64,000 bases of DNA, from positions 3,968,001-4,032,000 of the forward strand of contig CBDBDQ010000005.1 of the NCBI GenBank assembly GCA_965203905.1. Direction: 5' to 3'. This DNA is from Spirochaetia bacterium (lineage in GTDB: Bacteria > Spirochaetota > Spirochaetia > SZUA-6 > Bin103). A model generated the notes under the pieces. It did no database searches. It saw only the letters and a list, made by a program, of their open reading frames with translations, and was not told where the DNA came from. Of the stretch, positions 29,809-40,590 are shown piece after piece (positions within the stretch are counted from its first letter, which is position 1; every line of letters begins with the position of its first letter). The position numbers and the translations under genes were made by a program.

Positions 29809-30828
29809 TCAGCGGTGGTGGCAGGCCACCAGGTGATCGCCTGCGGCGCGCGTGGTGAGAGCCGGGTCCTGTTGCTTGCACAGGTCGGTGGCCAGCGGGC
29901 AGCGGGTGTGGAATCGGCAGCCGGGGGGTGGGTCCATCGGGCTGGGCACGTCGCCTTCCAGCGGCGGTTGCTCGGTGCGTGCCGCGGGGTCGGTGTTGGG
30001 TACCGCGGCCAGCAGCGCCTCCGTGTAGGGGTGGAGCGGCCGGGTGAACAGCAGCGCCTTGGGGGCCAGCTCCACGATGCGGCCCAGGTACATCACCGCG
30101 ACCCAGTCGCAGATATGCCGGATCACGCTCAGGTTGTGCGAGATGAACAGATACGAGAGGTTCAGCTCGCGCTGCAGGTCGGCGAGCAGGTTGATGATCT
30201 GGGCCTGGATCGATACGTCCAGCGACGAGACCGGTTCGTCGCAGATCACCGCCTCCGGTTCGGAGGCCAGGGCACGGGCGATGCCGATGCGCTGCCGCTG
30301 GCCGCCGCTGAACTCGTGCGGGTAGCGGTTGCGCTGGGTGACGGACAGCCCGACCTGCTGCAGCAGTTCGTCGATGCGCCGCTCACGGGCGGGACCGCTG
30401 GCCAGCCGGTGCACTGACAGCGGATCCGCCAGTATCGCCCTGACCCGTTTGCGCGGGTCGAGTGAGGAGATCGGGTCCTGGAACACGATCTGGATGTGGC
30501 GCCGCAAAGTGCGGAGCTGGGCGCGCGGCAGGTCGAAGATCGGCTCCCCGCGGAACAGCACCCTGCCGCCGGTGGGCTCGTAAAGGCGCAGGATTGTGCG
30601 GCCGGCGGTCGACTTGCCACAACCCGACTCACCCACCAGGCCCAGGGTCTCGCCCATGGCCAGCGCGAATGAGATGCCGTCCACCGCCTTGATGTTGCCC
30701 ACCACGCGGCGCGGGAAGCCGCCCATCACCGGGAAGTACTTGACCAGGTCGATCACCTGGAGCAGGACCCCACCCTCCGCCGGTGCCGCCCGCGCGGCCG
30801 ACGGTCGCCCGTGCGCGGTGCCGCTCAC
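29809..30828 (-). CDS. Oligopeptide ABC transporter ATP-binding protein (DppF/OppF-like)
   Basis: [30 protein letters not shown]. Confidence 0.93.
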   Translation of the reverse strand: MSGTAHGRPSAARAAPAEGGVLLQVIDLVKYFPVMGGFPRRVVGNIKAVDGISFALAMGETLGLVGESGCGKSTAGRTILRLYEPTGGRVLFRGEPIFDLPRAQLRTLRRHIQIVFQDPISSLDPRKRVRAILADPLSVHRLASGPARERRIDELLQQVGLSVTQRNRYPHEFSGGQRQRIGIARALASEPEAVICDEPVSSLDVSIQAQIINLLADLQRELNLSYLFISHNLSVIRHICDWVAVMYLGRIVELAPKALLFTRPLHPYTEALLAAVPNTDPAARTEQPPLEGDVPSPMDPPPGCRFHTRCPLATDLCKQQDPALTTRAAGDHLVACHHR

Positions 30829-31979
30829 TGGTCGTCCCGAGCCGGCACGGCAGGTGCGCCGGCTGCCGGGTGCTGCGCGACGTCGTCGAACAGGAGGCAG
30901 CGGGCCAGGTGGCCGCCGCCGGTGTCGTGCAGGCGCGGCTCGCGCTGTTCGCACACCGCGGCGGCCTGGGGACAGCGCGGATGGAAGGTGCATCCCGGCG
31001 GCAGCGCGCCGGCGTCCGGTACCGTGCCGCCGATCGCCTGCAGGCGTTCGATGGCGCCCTCCATGCGCGGCATCGAGTCGAACAGCGCACGCGTGTAGGG
31101 GTGCCGCCGTTCGCGAAACAGCGCGCCAACCTCCGCCTGCTCCACCACCCGTCCGGTGTACATCACCGTGACCCGGTCCACCAGCTCCGCCACCACGCCC
31201 AGGTCATGGGTAATCAGCAGGATCGCCATGGCGCGCTTGCGCGCCAGGTCGCGCAGCAGGTGCAGGATCTGGGCCTGGATGGTGACGTCGAGGGCGGTGG
31301 TGGGCTCGTCCGCGATCAGGAGCTGGGGCCCGCACGACAGCGCCATCGCGATCATCACCCGCTGCCGCATGCCGCCGCTGAGCTGATGCGGGTACTCGTA
31401 CGCGCGCTGCTCCGGCAGCGGCACGCCCACCTGGCGCAACGCATCCACCGCCGTCGCCGCGGCCGCGGCACGCGGCTGCGCCTGGTGCAGCTCCACCGCC
31501 TCCGCGATCTGGTCTCCCACCGGAAACACCGGGTTGAGCGAGGCCATCGGATCCTGGAACACCATGGCGATGTCGTTGCCGCGGATGCGCTGCATCTCGC
31601 GCTCGCTCTTGCGCAGCAGATCCTCGCCGCGGAAGCGGACGGCGCCGCGCTCGAAGCGCCCGGGCGGAACCGGCACCAGGCCGAGGATGGAGAGCGCGGT
31701 GACACTCTTGCCGCACCCCGACTCGCCAACCAGCCCCACGATCTCGCCGTCGTCGACCCGCAGGTCGATGCCGTTGACCGCGCGAATAAGGCCCTCCGGG
31801 GTGCGGAAGGTCACCGCCAGGTTCTGCACCTCCAGCAGCGGCGCCGTCGAGCCGGCCGGCCGCGCTGTCGCGGATCGGCGCGGGAAGGCGACGGTTCCGG
31901 AGACAGTGGCGCGACCGCCTCGCCGGGAGCGGCCGGCTCCCGCGGAGCCGCGGGCACGGAGGTGGCGGGGTGGTGCCAT
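30825..31979 (-). CDS. Oligopeptide ABC transporter ATP-binding protein (DppD/OppD-like)
   Basis: [30 protein letters not shown]; start uncertain. Confidence 0.92.
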   Translation of the reverse strand: MAPPRHLRARGSAGAGRSRRGGRATVSGTVAFPRRSATARPAGSTAPLLEVQNLAVTFRTPEGLIRAVNGIDLRVDDGEIVGLVGESGCGKSVTALSILGLVPVPPGRFERGAVRFRGEDLLRKSEREMQRIRGNDIAMVFQDPMASLNPVFPVGDQIAEAVELHQAQPRAAAAATAVDALRQVGVPLPEQRAYEYPHQLSGGMRQRVMIAMALSCGPQLLIADEPTTALDVTIQAQILHLLRDLARKRAMAILLITHDLGVVAELVDRVTVMYTGRVVEQAEVGALFRERRHPYTRALFDSMPRMEGAIERLQAIGGTVPDAGALPPGCTFHPRCPQAAAVCEQREPRLHDTGGGHLARCLLFDDVAQHPAAGAPAVPARDDQ

Positions 31980-33229
31980 CAGTCGCGGGCCCGTACCGTT
32001 TGCAGCGAGCGCTCGAGCGCGGCCAGGGTCCGGTCCACCAACTGCGGCGTGTGCGCGCTGCTGATGAACCAATGTGTGTTGGGGTGCAGAAACACGCCGT
32101 GGTCGAGCGCGCTGCGGTAAAATACCCGCTTGCGCTCCAGGTCGCGTTCCGGATCGCCGCAGTCGAACAGCAGGAACGGCTGCGGCGGGATCCCCAGCAC
32201 CCGTGCCTCGATCCCGCTGGCCGCCACCAGTTCGGTAAGCCCGTCGCTGAAGCGGCGGCCCAGCTCCCAGATGCGCTCCAGGGCGCCCGCCTGCAGTTGG
32301 CGCAGCGTCTCCAGCGCCGCCGCCATCTCGAACGTGCTCACCAGGTAGGTGCTGGAGTAGAACACGTCGGCCTCCATGATCTCCGCCTTGCCCACCAGCG
32401 CCGAGATCGGGAAACCGTTGGCCAGCGCCTTGCTGATCGCGGTAAGGTCGGGGACCACCCCCAGGTACTGCTGCGCGCCGCCGAGATGGACCCGCGGCCA
32501 GGTGCGGATCTCGTCGAACACCAGCACCGCGTCATGGCGGTCGGCCAGCGCCCGCACCCCCTGCAGGAAACCCTCCGGCGGCAACTCGAACTCGAACGGC
32601 TGCAGGATGATGCACGCCACCTCCCCTTGATGGCGCTCCAGGGTCCGTTGCAGCGACTGCAGGTCGCCGTAGACGAAGGTGTCGGTCAGTTCCGTGACCT
32701 GGTCCGGGACCCCGGCCGCGTCCAGGTACGCGCCCTTGCGCTGGCCCAGCACCTCTCCCGCGCCCTTGCGCCCCAGGCACCAGTCGTGCCAGCCGTGGTA
32801 GCCCCAGCGCACCACCCGGTCGCGCCCGGTGTAGCCGCGCGCCAGACGCACCGCCAGGGTGCAGGCGTCGGACCCCGTCTTGGTGAAGAACACCCGTTCC
32901 GCGCTCGGCAGCAGCTCGATCAGCCGCTCGGCGAGCCGGTTCTGAATGGTGAACGACAGGTTGGCGATGAAGCCGCGCCGGATCGCCCGGATCGCGGCAC
33001 GGTTGACGCGCCGGTTGTCGTAGCCCAGCACGATCGGCCCGAACGCGCACAGGTAGTCGATATAGCGGTTGCCGTCGACGTCCCAGACGTGGCAGCCGGC
33101 CACCCGCTCGGTGTAGATGGGCCAGTCGGCGCGGTCGCTGAACGAGGTGGGGCGGCGGGCCGCGGTGACGCCGCCGGGGATCAGGCCGCGGGCGGTGGCG
33201 AACTCGGCCTGGGAGCGGGGGAAGCTCAC
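31979..33229 (-). CDS. Class III aminotransferase (glutamate-1-semialdehyde aminomutase-like)
   Basis: WDVDGNRYID, KTGSDA, YHGWHD, FDEIRT, SKALANG. Confidence 0.88.
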   Translation of the reverse strand: MSFPRSQAEFATARGLIPGGVTAARRPTSFSDRADWPIYTERVAGCHVWDVDGNRYIDYLCAFGPIVLGYDNRRVNRAAIRAIRRGFIANLSFTIQNRLAERLIELLPSAERVFFTKTGSDACTLAVRLARGYTGRDRVVRWGYHGWHDWCLGRKGAGEVLGQRKGAYLDAAGVPDQVTELTDTFVYGDLQSLQRTLERHQGEVACIILQPFEFELPPEGFLQGVRALADRHDAVLVFDEIRTWPRVHLGGAQQYLGVVPDLTAISKALANGFPISALVGKAEIMEADVFYSSTYLVSTFEMAAALETLRQLQAGALERIWELGRRFSDGLTELVAASGIEARVLGIPPQPFLLFDCGDPERDLERKRVFYRSALDHGVFLHPNTHWFISSAHTPQLVDRTLAALERSLQTVRARD

Positions 33230-33338
33230 GGCGCCAGCGGTCCGTGGTGGAACCAGGCGCCGCACCGAGAGCGCCACTCGAATGCAGCCGGAGTCTCGCC
33301 ACGGGCTGCCATGGTCGACGGTGCGATTCCGGACCCGC

Positions 33339-34031
33339 TCAGCGGTCGATCCAGTCGCGGTCGCCGTACACGTCGCGCCAGGCGTCGGTGAAGGCCTGGA
33401 TCCGGAACGCGGTCTCGTGGTCGTGGAACAGGTCGCGGAACACCGGCAGCTTCACCGTGCACAGGTGGGCCCCGGCGAGCGCCGCCTCCACCACCTGGAT
33501 CGGCTCGCGCGCGCCCACCAGCACGCGGGCCGAGTAGCCGTGCCGGTCGACGATCTGTCTGGCCGCGCGGGAGATGCTCGGCCGTTCGCTGCGGTCGACC
33601 GCGATCGGGTTCTTGCTGATGCCGTGCAGCCCGCCCTCGAACAGCGCCACGATGGCGGCCCCCGCCTCGGCCGCCAGGTACGCCTGCAGGGCGTTGTAGA
33701 TGATGGTGGCGGCGGTCTTGATCCCCTCGTCACGCAGCCGCCGGATCACCCCGGCAGCGGGTGCGCCGTCGAACGCGATCTTGACGTGGATGCGCGGTCC
33801 CAGGCCCGCCAGCAGGCGCGCCTCCTCCAGCATCCGCTCCGGGTCGCGGCTCACCACCTGCACCAGCACCGGCCCGGGCACGCGCGCGCTCATCCGCTGC
33901 ACCCGGTCCAGGTAGTCGGTGCGTCCCTCCTCCGCCATCACCAGCGGATTCATGGTCAGGCCGTGGATCAAGCCGGACCCGAGCACCTCCTCCAGGACCT
34001 CTTCATTGAACGTATCGATGCACAGCTTCAT
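33339..34031 (-). CDS. Transaldolase / fructose-6-phosphate aldolase family protein
   Basis: IDT, GLTMNP, QV, HVKI (Schiff-base Lys), QAYLAAEAGA, F..AW end. Confidence 0.85.
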   Translation of the reverse strand: MKLCIDTFNEEVLEEVLGSGLIHGLTMNPLVMAEEGRTDYLDRVQRMSARVPGPVLVQVVSRDPERMLEEARLLAGLGPRIHVKIAFDGAPAAGVIRRLRDEGIKTAATIIYNALQAYLAAEAGAAIVALFEGGLHGISKNPIAVDRSERPSISRAARQIVDRHGYSARVLVGAREPIQVVEAALAGAHLCTVKLPVFRDLFHDHETAFRIQAFTDAWRDVYGDRDWIDR

Positions 34032-34166
34032 CGGCTCGCCGCTCTCCTCGGCTTGACCCCCGTGCGATTTCGTGTCTCACTGGGGCGTCTGAATTGCCCG
34101 CAACCGGCCCGGCGCCGGTAACAATCGCAGGGCACATCATAGCTTCCAACAGGGGGAAACGAAACA

Positions 34167-35711
34167 ATGAAACGAATCATCCTGCTTGCCAGCGCACTGC
34201 TGCTCGTGACGGGAACCGCGCTCTTCGCCGGCGGCGGCGGCGAGTCGGTGGCGATCGGCCAGTCGGCCCTGCGCGTGGCGATCGCCGGCGAGCCGAAGTC
34301 GGTGGCCGCGTGGCATACCGGGAGCTGGAACGACCAGATCCCGGGGCGCAGCATCTACCAGGGCCTGGTGGCACTCGACTACGACAGCATGCAGCCGGTG
34401 GGACTGCTGGCCGAGTCGTGGCAGTGGAACGACGACAACACGGCGGTCACCTTCAATCTGCGGCGCGGGGTCAAGTTCCATGACGGCTCCGACTTCGATG
34501 CGGCGGACGTCAAGCACTCGCTGGAAAATGCCGCCAACCCCGAGATCGGGCTCACCGCGCACACCCTGCTGCGCGACCTCGACCAGGTGGAGATCGTCGA
34601 CGACCACACCGTCGTCGTGCACCTGAAGCAGCCCAACAACTCGTTCCTGGCGATCATCATGGACGAGGCGTGGATCGTGCCCGAGGGGATGCTGCCCGAG
34701 GAGCTCAAGACCAACCCGATCGGCACCGGGCCGTTCATGTTCGAAGCCTGGGACCGCGGCCAGGAGATCCGGCTCACCAGGTTCGACGACTACTGGGAAG
34801 AGGGCCTGCCGTACCTCGACGGCGTGGTGATCAAGTTCATCCCGGACATCGACGTGCGCATCGCCCAGTACCGCCAGGGCGACCTGGACATGATCCTCAA
34901 CGTGCCGGCGGCGCGGGTGCCGGAGATGCAGCCGATTTCCAGCATTCCGATTCTTGAAAGCGACAAGATCCTCAACACCGGGATCTACTTCGTGCTGCTG
35001 AACAACCGCATCGCGCCGTTCGACAACGAGCTGGTGCGGCGTGCGTTCAGCTACGCCGTCGACCGCGACCAGTTCATCCGCGGTGTGGCCGGCGGCTACA
35101 GCTCGGCGCGCGCCACCCTGATCGCGGACGACAGCCCGCACTCTATCTCCAACGTCGAGAACGACTACTACCCGCAGAACATCGCCAAGGCGCGTGAGTT
35201 GCTGGCGCAGGCCGGCTACCCCGACGGCATCGAGTTCGAGTTGATGTGGCACCGCACCGGGCCGCAATGGGAGACCGGCGCGCAGATCATCCAGGCCTCG
35301 GTCAAGGACGCGGGGATCAACATCACGCTCAAGGGCGAGGAGGTGGCCACGCTGCTGACCCGGCTGCGCGACTCGCGCGACTACCAGGCCGGATTCTCGG
35401 CCACCGCGGTCAAGCCCACCTACTACCACTCGCTGTGGGACTCGATCGGCCGCCAGCACTCGCACTACGCCGGCATCCCCGAGGGCCATCCCGCGTGGTG
35501 GCAGCGGCTGCAGGACGCGACCGCGCTGGGACCGGACGCATTCCGCGAGGAGATCGCCGACTTGGTGCGCGAGCACGAGGCCGGGCAGTACGTGCTGACC
35601 CTGGGACAACTGGTGGTGTTCGACTCGCTGAGCAAGGACCTGGTCGGCTACCGGCCGCACCCGCAGGGCGCCGGCCGCTACAACTTCGCTCCGATCCGGT
35701 TCGGTGGCTGA
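34167..35711 (+). CDS. ABC transporter substrate-binding protein, family 5
   Basis: Signal peptide LFAGGGGE; LAESW, GVKFHDGS, PIGTGPF. Confidence 0.93.
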   Translation: MKRIILLASALLLVTGTALFAGGGGESVAIGQSALRVAIAGEPKSVAAWHTGSWNDQIPGRSIYQGLVALDYDSMQPVGLLAESWQWNDDNTAVTFNLRRGVKFHDGSDFDAADVKHSLENAANPEIGLTAHTLLRDLDQVEIVDDHTVVVHLKQPNNSFLAIIMDEAWIVPEGMLPEELKTNPIGTGPFMFEAWDRGQEIRLTRFDDYWEEGLPYLDGVVIKFIPDIDVRIAQYRQGDLDMILNVPAARVPEMQPISSIPILESDKILNTGIYFVLLNNRIAPFDNELVRRAFSYAVDRDQFIRGVAGGYSSARATLIADDSPHSISNVENDYYPQNIAKARELLAQAGYPDGIEFELMWHRTGPQWETGAQIIQASVKDAGINITLKGEEVATLLTRLRDSRDYQAGFSATAVKPTYYHSLWDSIGRQHSHYAGIPEGHPAWWQRLQDATALGPDAFREEIADLVREHEAGQYVLTLGQLVVFDSLSKDLVGYRPHPQGAGRYNFAPIRFGG

Positions 35712-35742
35712 GAGTCTGGCGAGTTCCGCCAGACTCTCAGCC
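35706..35742. terminator. Perfect hairpin (16-bp arms) at the SBP stop codon; terminator or mRNA stabiliser
   Basis: GGCTGAGAGTCTGGCG-AGTTC-CGCCAGACTCTCAGCC; no U tract. Confidence 0.55.
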
Positions 35743-35946
35743 CCAGGTGGGGATGGGCCGGAACCGTCGCCGCAGGCGCCGATTCCGGGGCGCTGACGCG
35801 GACCATCCGCGAGACATCCAGGCTGGCGCCCTCCTCGGGGGCGCCAGTTTCGTTATGAGGCAGCACGGCCACTCCGTGACACGGAAGACCATGAAAACGA
35901 CGTATGGGGCGGTACCCGGTGGCCGCCATTTTCGGACCAGGCGATA

Positions 35947-37053
35947 ATGCAGTTCGGCCACTTCTCCTATCACATCACCCGCACCGGCCGTGCCGGCGAC
36001 GCCCGCGCCATAGAGGAGGCGCTGGCCGAGGCGCGCCTGGCCGAGCAGCTCGGCTACGACGCGGTGTGGTTCTCCGAGCACCACTTCACCGGCGAGACCG
36101 TGTACGCCGACCCGGTCATGTTCGCCACCGCGGTGGCGATGCAGACCGAACGGGTGAAGCTGGGGTTCGCAGTGCTGGAGATGGCGCTGTACCACCCGGT
36201 GCGGCTGGCGGAGCAGCTCGCACTGCTGGACAACCTCAGCCGCGGCCGGGTGATCGTGGGAATCGCGCGCGGCTCCGCCTTCAACGCCTACGAGTACCGC
36301 GGCTTCGGCACCTCGGTGCAGTTCGGGCGCGAGTGCCTGGACGAGGCGGAAGAGCTGCTGATCAAGTGCTGGACCGCGCGCGACGGGCTGGAATTCCACG
36401 GCAAGTACTGGGACGTGGCGCTGCCGGAGGTGCGGCCGCACCCGGTGCAGCAGCCGCATCCGCCGGTGCTGCGCGCCGCGGTCGGCCCGCCGGCCGTGCG
36501 CCAGATGGCGGCGCAGCGGCGCCCGGTGCTGATGCGCACCTTCTCCACCGAGTCGGCACGGGAGACGGTGCAGCTCTACACCGACGCGTTGCGCGAGGCC
36601 GGATGCGGCGACGCGGAGGTGCGCGACCTGCTGGAGCAGTGCTGGATCTGGCGCGACTGCTACGTGGCGGACTCCGACCGCGAGGCGCGTGCCGGGTTCC
36701 TGCCGCGCCTCACCTCCTGGCTGGAGTACGTCAACGCGATCCGCGCCCGCTGGAACCCCCCCGACCCCGACCAGGAGGTGCGTACGCCGCACATGCCGCT
36801 GCCGGCGGAGGCGTACGGGGAGCATCCCGATCCGGCCGCGCCGGAGCTGTTCGTCGGCTCGCCCGAACGGGTGGCGGAGCAGATCGCCCAGCTCCAGGAA
36901 CTGGGCATCGGACGGGTGATGCTCACCCACTACGGCGCCCTGATGGAGCGGGAGCAACGCGAGCGGTCGATGCGCCTGCTGGCGGAACGGGTGTTTCCAC
37001 GGTTCACGTCCGCGGCCTCCCCGGCGCCGGCCGCAAACTCAGCCGCCGGCTGA
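35947..37053 (+). CDS. LLM-class flavin-dependent oxidoreductase (luciferase-like)
   Basis: WFSEHHF, HPVRLAEQLALLDNLSRGR, PVQQPHPP, VGSPE. Confidence 0.92.
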   Translation: MQFGHFSYHITRTGRAGDARAIEEALAEARLAEQLGYDAVWFSEHHFTGETVYADPVMFATAVAMQTERVKLGFAVLEMALYHPVRLAEQLALLDNLSRGRVIVGIARGSAFNAYEYRGFGTSVQFGRECLDEAEELLIKCWTARDGLEFHGKYWDVALPEVRPHPVQQPHPPVLRAAVGPPAVRQMAAQRRPVLMRTFSTESARETVQLYTDALREAGCGDAEVRDLLEQCWIWRDCYVADSDREARAGFLPRLTSWLEYVNAIRARWNPPDPDQEVRTPHMPLPAEAYGEHPDPAAPELFVGSPERVAEQIAQLQELGIGRVMLTHYGALMEREQRERSMRLLAERVFPRFTSAASPAPAANSAAG

Positions 37054-37055
37054 GC

Positions 37056-37844
37056 GTGGACGCCCTCGACCTGTTCGACTGCAACTGCGGGCTGGGGCCG
37101 TCGCGCCGGCACCGGCCCGGTCTGATAACCGACCGCGCGGGACTGCAGGCAGAACTCGATATCCAGGGGATCCGGCGCGCCCTGGTGTACGCGATCTCCG
37201 CTGAGGAATACTTCCCGCGCCACGGCAACCGGTGGCTGCTGGAGCAGATCGGCGGCAGCGACCGGCTGCTGCCGTGCTGGATCGTGATGCCGCACCACAC
37301 CGGCGAGTTTCCCGCCCCGGACGAGCTGCTGGGCCTGATGCGCGAGCACGGCGTACGTGCCGCGCGCATGAACCCGCCGTCGCACAACCGCTACAGCATC
37401 GCGCCGTGGTCGGCGGGGCCCCTGCTCAAGACCCTGGAACAGCACCGCGTCCCGCTGTTCCTCAGCGGCACCGACCTCGGGCGCTACCTGGACGATCCCG
37501 GCACCGGCTTCACCCCGGAGGTGGTGCACGAGCTGTGCCACACCTACCCGCGGCTGCCGTTCGTGATTCTGCGGCTCAACTTCCAGCTCACCCGGGTGGC
37601 GGTGGCGCTGCTGCAGGCGTGTCCCAACCTGTACGCCGATCTCTCCTACCACGACGTGTTCCTGGGCATCGAGCTGCTGTGCCGGGAGGTGGGGGCGGAG
37701 CGGCTGCTGTTCGGGACCGGGCTGCCGATCGGCGGCCGCGGCGCCGCGCTGGTCACGCTGCAGGCGGCGGAGATCGAGGAAGGGGAGCGGCGCCGGATCG
37801 CCGGCGGCAACCTGCAACGGCTGCTCGACGGGGTGCAGTGGTGA
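37056..37844 (+). CDS. Amidohydrolase-fold protein with degenerate metal site
   Basis: DCNC in place of DxHxH; ERLLFGTGLP, IAGGNLQRLL. Confidence 0.8.
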   Translation: MDALDLFDCNCGLGPSRRHRPGLITDRAGLQAELDIQGIRRALVYAISAEEYFPRHGNRWLLEQIGGSDRLLPCWIVMPHHTGEFPAPDELLGLMREHGVRAARMNPPSHNRYSIAPWSAGPLLKTLEQHRVPLFLSGTDLGRYLDDPGTGFTPEVVHELCHTYPRLPFVILRLNFQLTRVAVALLQACPNLYADLSYHDVFLGIELLCREVGAERLLFGTGLPIGGRGAALVTLQAAEIEEGERRRIAGGNLQRLLDGVQW

Positions 37845-38704
37845 CCGGCAGCGCCGTGGGCGGCGCGTCCGGTGCCGGCCACGGCGCGCGGGTGGCGCGC
37901 GCGGGCCCGCCCTACGACGACCTGGTGATCTTCGACAACCACCTCCACTTCGGCCATGCGCCGGCCGTGTTCGAGGCCACCACCGACCCCGCCGAGCTGG
38001 CGCGCCAGATGAGCCGGATCGGCATCCGGGTGGCGGTGGTGAGCTCGATCTGGGCGATTTTCAGCGGCGACGTGCGCCCCGGCAACGACCAGGTGCTGGC
38101 GGCGCTCGACCGCTTCCCCGACCGCTACCTCGGCTACGTGGTCGTGCACCCCGCCTATCCGGAGCTGCTGGCCAGCGAGCTGGAGCGCTGCCTGCGCCAC
38201 CCGCGCATGCGCGGCGTCAAGCTGCATCCCACCCAGTACAGCCACCCGGTCAGGATCACCGACGCGCGCTACCGGCCGGCGTTCGAGTACGCCCGCGACC
38301 ACGGCTATCCGATCCTGATCCACACCGGCCCCGAGGCGCAGCGCGCCTACTGCGGCGCCGAGGAGGTGGCCAAGGTGGCGCGCGAGTTCCCGACCGTGCC
38401 GGTGATGCTCGCGCACACCATGGGGTTCGACCGCTGGGAGGGGGTGGAGGAGGCGGTGGCCGTGGCGGCGCGGCTGGACAACGCCTACGTCGACCTTTCG
38501 GGCTCGGCCGGGCGCCACTACGGACTGGTGGAGTACGCGGTGCAGCGCGCCGGCAGCGAGAAGATCCTGTACGGCTCCGACGTGCCGCAGCTCACCTTCA
38601 CCTTTCCGCTCGGCCCGGTGCTCTACGCCGACATCCCGGACCGCGACAAGGAGAACATCCTCGGCCTCAACACCGCCCGCATGTTCGACATTCCGCTACC
38701 ATAG
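37841..38704 (+). CDS. Amidohydrolase family 2 protein
   Basis: DNHLH, GVKLHP, ILIHT, LAH, ILYGSD. Confidence 0.88.
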   Translation: MTGSAVGGASGAGHGARVARAGPPYDDLVIFDNHLHFGHAPAVFEATTDPAELARQMSRIGIRVAVVSSIWAIFSGDVRPGNDQVLAALDRFPDRYLGYVVVHPAYPELLASELERCLRHPRMRGVKLHPTQYSHPVRITDARYRPAFEYARDHGYPILIHTGPEAQRAYCGAEEVAKVAREFPTVPVMLAHTMGFDRWEGVEEAVAVAARLDNAYVDLSGSAGRHYGLVEYAVQRAGSEKILYGSDVPQLTFTFPLGPVLYADIPDRDKENILGLNTARMFDIPLP

Positions 38705-38727
38705 CAGCCGCAGGGGGAACCGGCGCC

Positions 38728-39231
38728 ATGTTCTCTATCAATCACTACTGCCTCATCGTCACCGACCTGGAGCGCTCGCTCGCCTTCTACCGCGACGTGC
38801 TCGGCATGAGCCTGCGGTCGCGGGTGACGCGCACGGAAGACATTGCCGCCGCCATCGCGCACCCCGGCATCACCATGCACAACGCCATCCTCTTCTTCGC
38901 CGACTCTCCGCACCCGGCGCTGGAGCTGATCGAATACGAGCCGGCGGGGACCAAGGTGGACCTGCAGATCCCGAATCCCGGCACCTCCCACATCGCGTTC
39001 GGCGTGGCGGACATCCACGCGGCCGTGGCCCATCTGCGTGCCTGCGACGTGGACGTGGTCTCCGATCCCGTGCACCTGGAACCCAACCCCGACACCGGCG
39101 CGCGCGGCGGCACCATCGCCTACTTCAGCGACCCGGACGGCATCTCCCTGGAACTATACCAGGCACCCGCCCCACCCGGCCCCCCGCCGACGGAGGATGA
39201 GCAGCAGGGTGGATCAGCCGCTCCCGGATAG
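38728..39231 (+). CDS. VOC / glyoxalase family protein
   Basis: NHYCLIVTDLERSLAFY, LELIEY, HIAFGV, YFSDPDGISLEL. Confidence 0.9.
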   Translation: MFSINHYCLIVTDLERSLAFYRDVLGMSLRSRVTRTEDIAAAIAHPGITMHNAILFFADSPHPALELIEYEPAGTKVDLQIPNPGTSHIAFGVADIHAAVAHLRACDVDVVSDPVHLEPNPDTGARGGTIAYFSDPDGISLELYQAPAPPGPPPTEDEQQGGSAAPG

Positions 39232-39342
39232 ACGGTCGCGCCGTAGCGAGATCAGTATGTCCTTTTTCGTGTTGGCCGGTGCGGGCTACCATAGTGGCAT
39301 GCCGCGAGGAGAACCGGAGCGCGTTCACTCAGGAGCACATAC

Positions 39343-40590
39343 ATGCTCACCAGACTGACCGTTCGCAACTTCAAGTCGCTACGCGAGGTTACCGTCGAAT
39401 TGCCGCGGCTGGCCGTCCTGTTCGGTCCCAATGCCGTGGGAAAAAGCAACTTGCTGGATGCCATCCAGGCGCTCTCTTGGATGGGGACCGCGCGCACGCT
39501 GTTCGACGCTCTCGGCGGTCCACGCCCGGTACGCGGGTATTCTTTCGAAGCGTTTTCCTTTGCTCCCGATGGGTTGCCGGGGATGGTACGACGAGGATCT
39601 TCCAGTTTCACACTGGAGGCCGATCTTACTGTCGAGAAGGGAAGCTACCGTTACCGGATCGAGCCGGAGTTCGACTTCCGATCGGGCCAACTCACCGTTG
39701 CCGACGAGTACTTGGCTCAGCTTGGAGCATCGGGACAACCGAGGGGAACTGCGGCGATCGAGCGTGTTGACTCCAACTTCCGTATCCGGCGCAAGGGCAA
39801 GCCTGCCCACCCGCGACAGGAGCAGGTCGGGTTGAATCATTCGGTACTGTCCGACCGAAGTCTGAGTGGCACCGGCTATCCGTGGTTGGAGCAGGTTCGC
39901 GCGGAGCTGCTGAACTGGCGCACATACTATTTCGAACCACGGCGGGAGATGCGTGAGGAGGAGTCCCCGGCGGACGTGTCCGACATCGGGATGCATGGGG
40001 AATACATCGCCGCGCTGCTGTACAAGCTTCGCGCTGAGCGCCCGAAGCACTTCGACGCGGTTTGGCGCGCTGTGCGCTCGATCGTTCCGAACATCGAGTC
40101 GCTACGGGTCGAACTGGACGAACGGCGTGGCACGTTGAATCTGTTGGTCCGCCAAGAGGGAGTCGAGCATTCCTCGCGGGTGCTGTCCGAGGGTACGCTC
40201 CGTGTTCTCGCACTCTGCACGGTCGCCGTGAACCCCTGGGGCGGCTCTCTGCTCGCCCTGGAGGAGCCTGAGAACGGCGTACATCCACGGCGTCTGGAGT
40301 TGATCGCTCGGCTGCTGTTCACGCTTGCCGAACAACGGAGGCGGCAGATCGTTGTCACCACTCACTCGCCGCTGTTGGCGGATGCGATGCTGAAGTTGCA
40401 GCGGGAGGCCTCCGAGCCGGGTGACATCGGTCTGTTCAATGTCCGTCTCGGGCCAAAAGGAACCGTAGTCGAGCCATTTCACGTGACCGGCACGCTGTAC
40501 CAGGATACCGAGATAACCGAAGCCCTGGCGAGCCGGTCGCACGACGGCTTACTCGAGAGCCTGTTGCTGCGTGGGCTCATAGATGAGTGA
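39343..40590 (+). CDS. AAA_21-type ABC ATPase
   Basis: NFKS, GPNAVGKSN, SEGTLR, LEEPENGVHP, TTHSP. Confidence 0.9.
   Translation: MLTRLTVRNFKSLREVTVELPRLAVLFGPNAVGKSNLLDAIQALSWMGTARTLFDALGGPRPVRGYSFEAFSFAPDGLPGMVRRGSSSFTLEADLTVEKGSYRYRIEPEFDFRSGQLTVADEYLAQLGASGQPRGTAAIERVDSNFRIRRKGKPAHPRQEQVGLNHSVLSDRSLSGTGYPWLEQVRAELLNWRTYYFEPRREMREEESPADVSDIGMHGEYIAALLYKLRAERPKHFDAVWRAVRSIVPNIESLRVELDERRGTLNLLVRQEGVEHSSRVLSEGTLRVLALCTVAVNPWGGSLLALEEPENGVHPRRLELIARLLFTLAEQRRRQIVVTTHSPLLADAMLKLQREASEPGDIGLFNVRLGPKGTVVEPFHVTGTLYQDTEITEALASRSHDGLLESLLLRGLIDE

Noticed and set aside
29714-29836. Small hydrophobic ORF MKTQQWIVIGGFVFLG
   Set aside because: About 40 aa, runs into the dppF end, no supporting evidence
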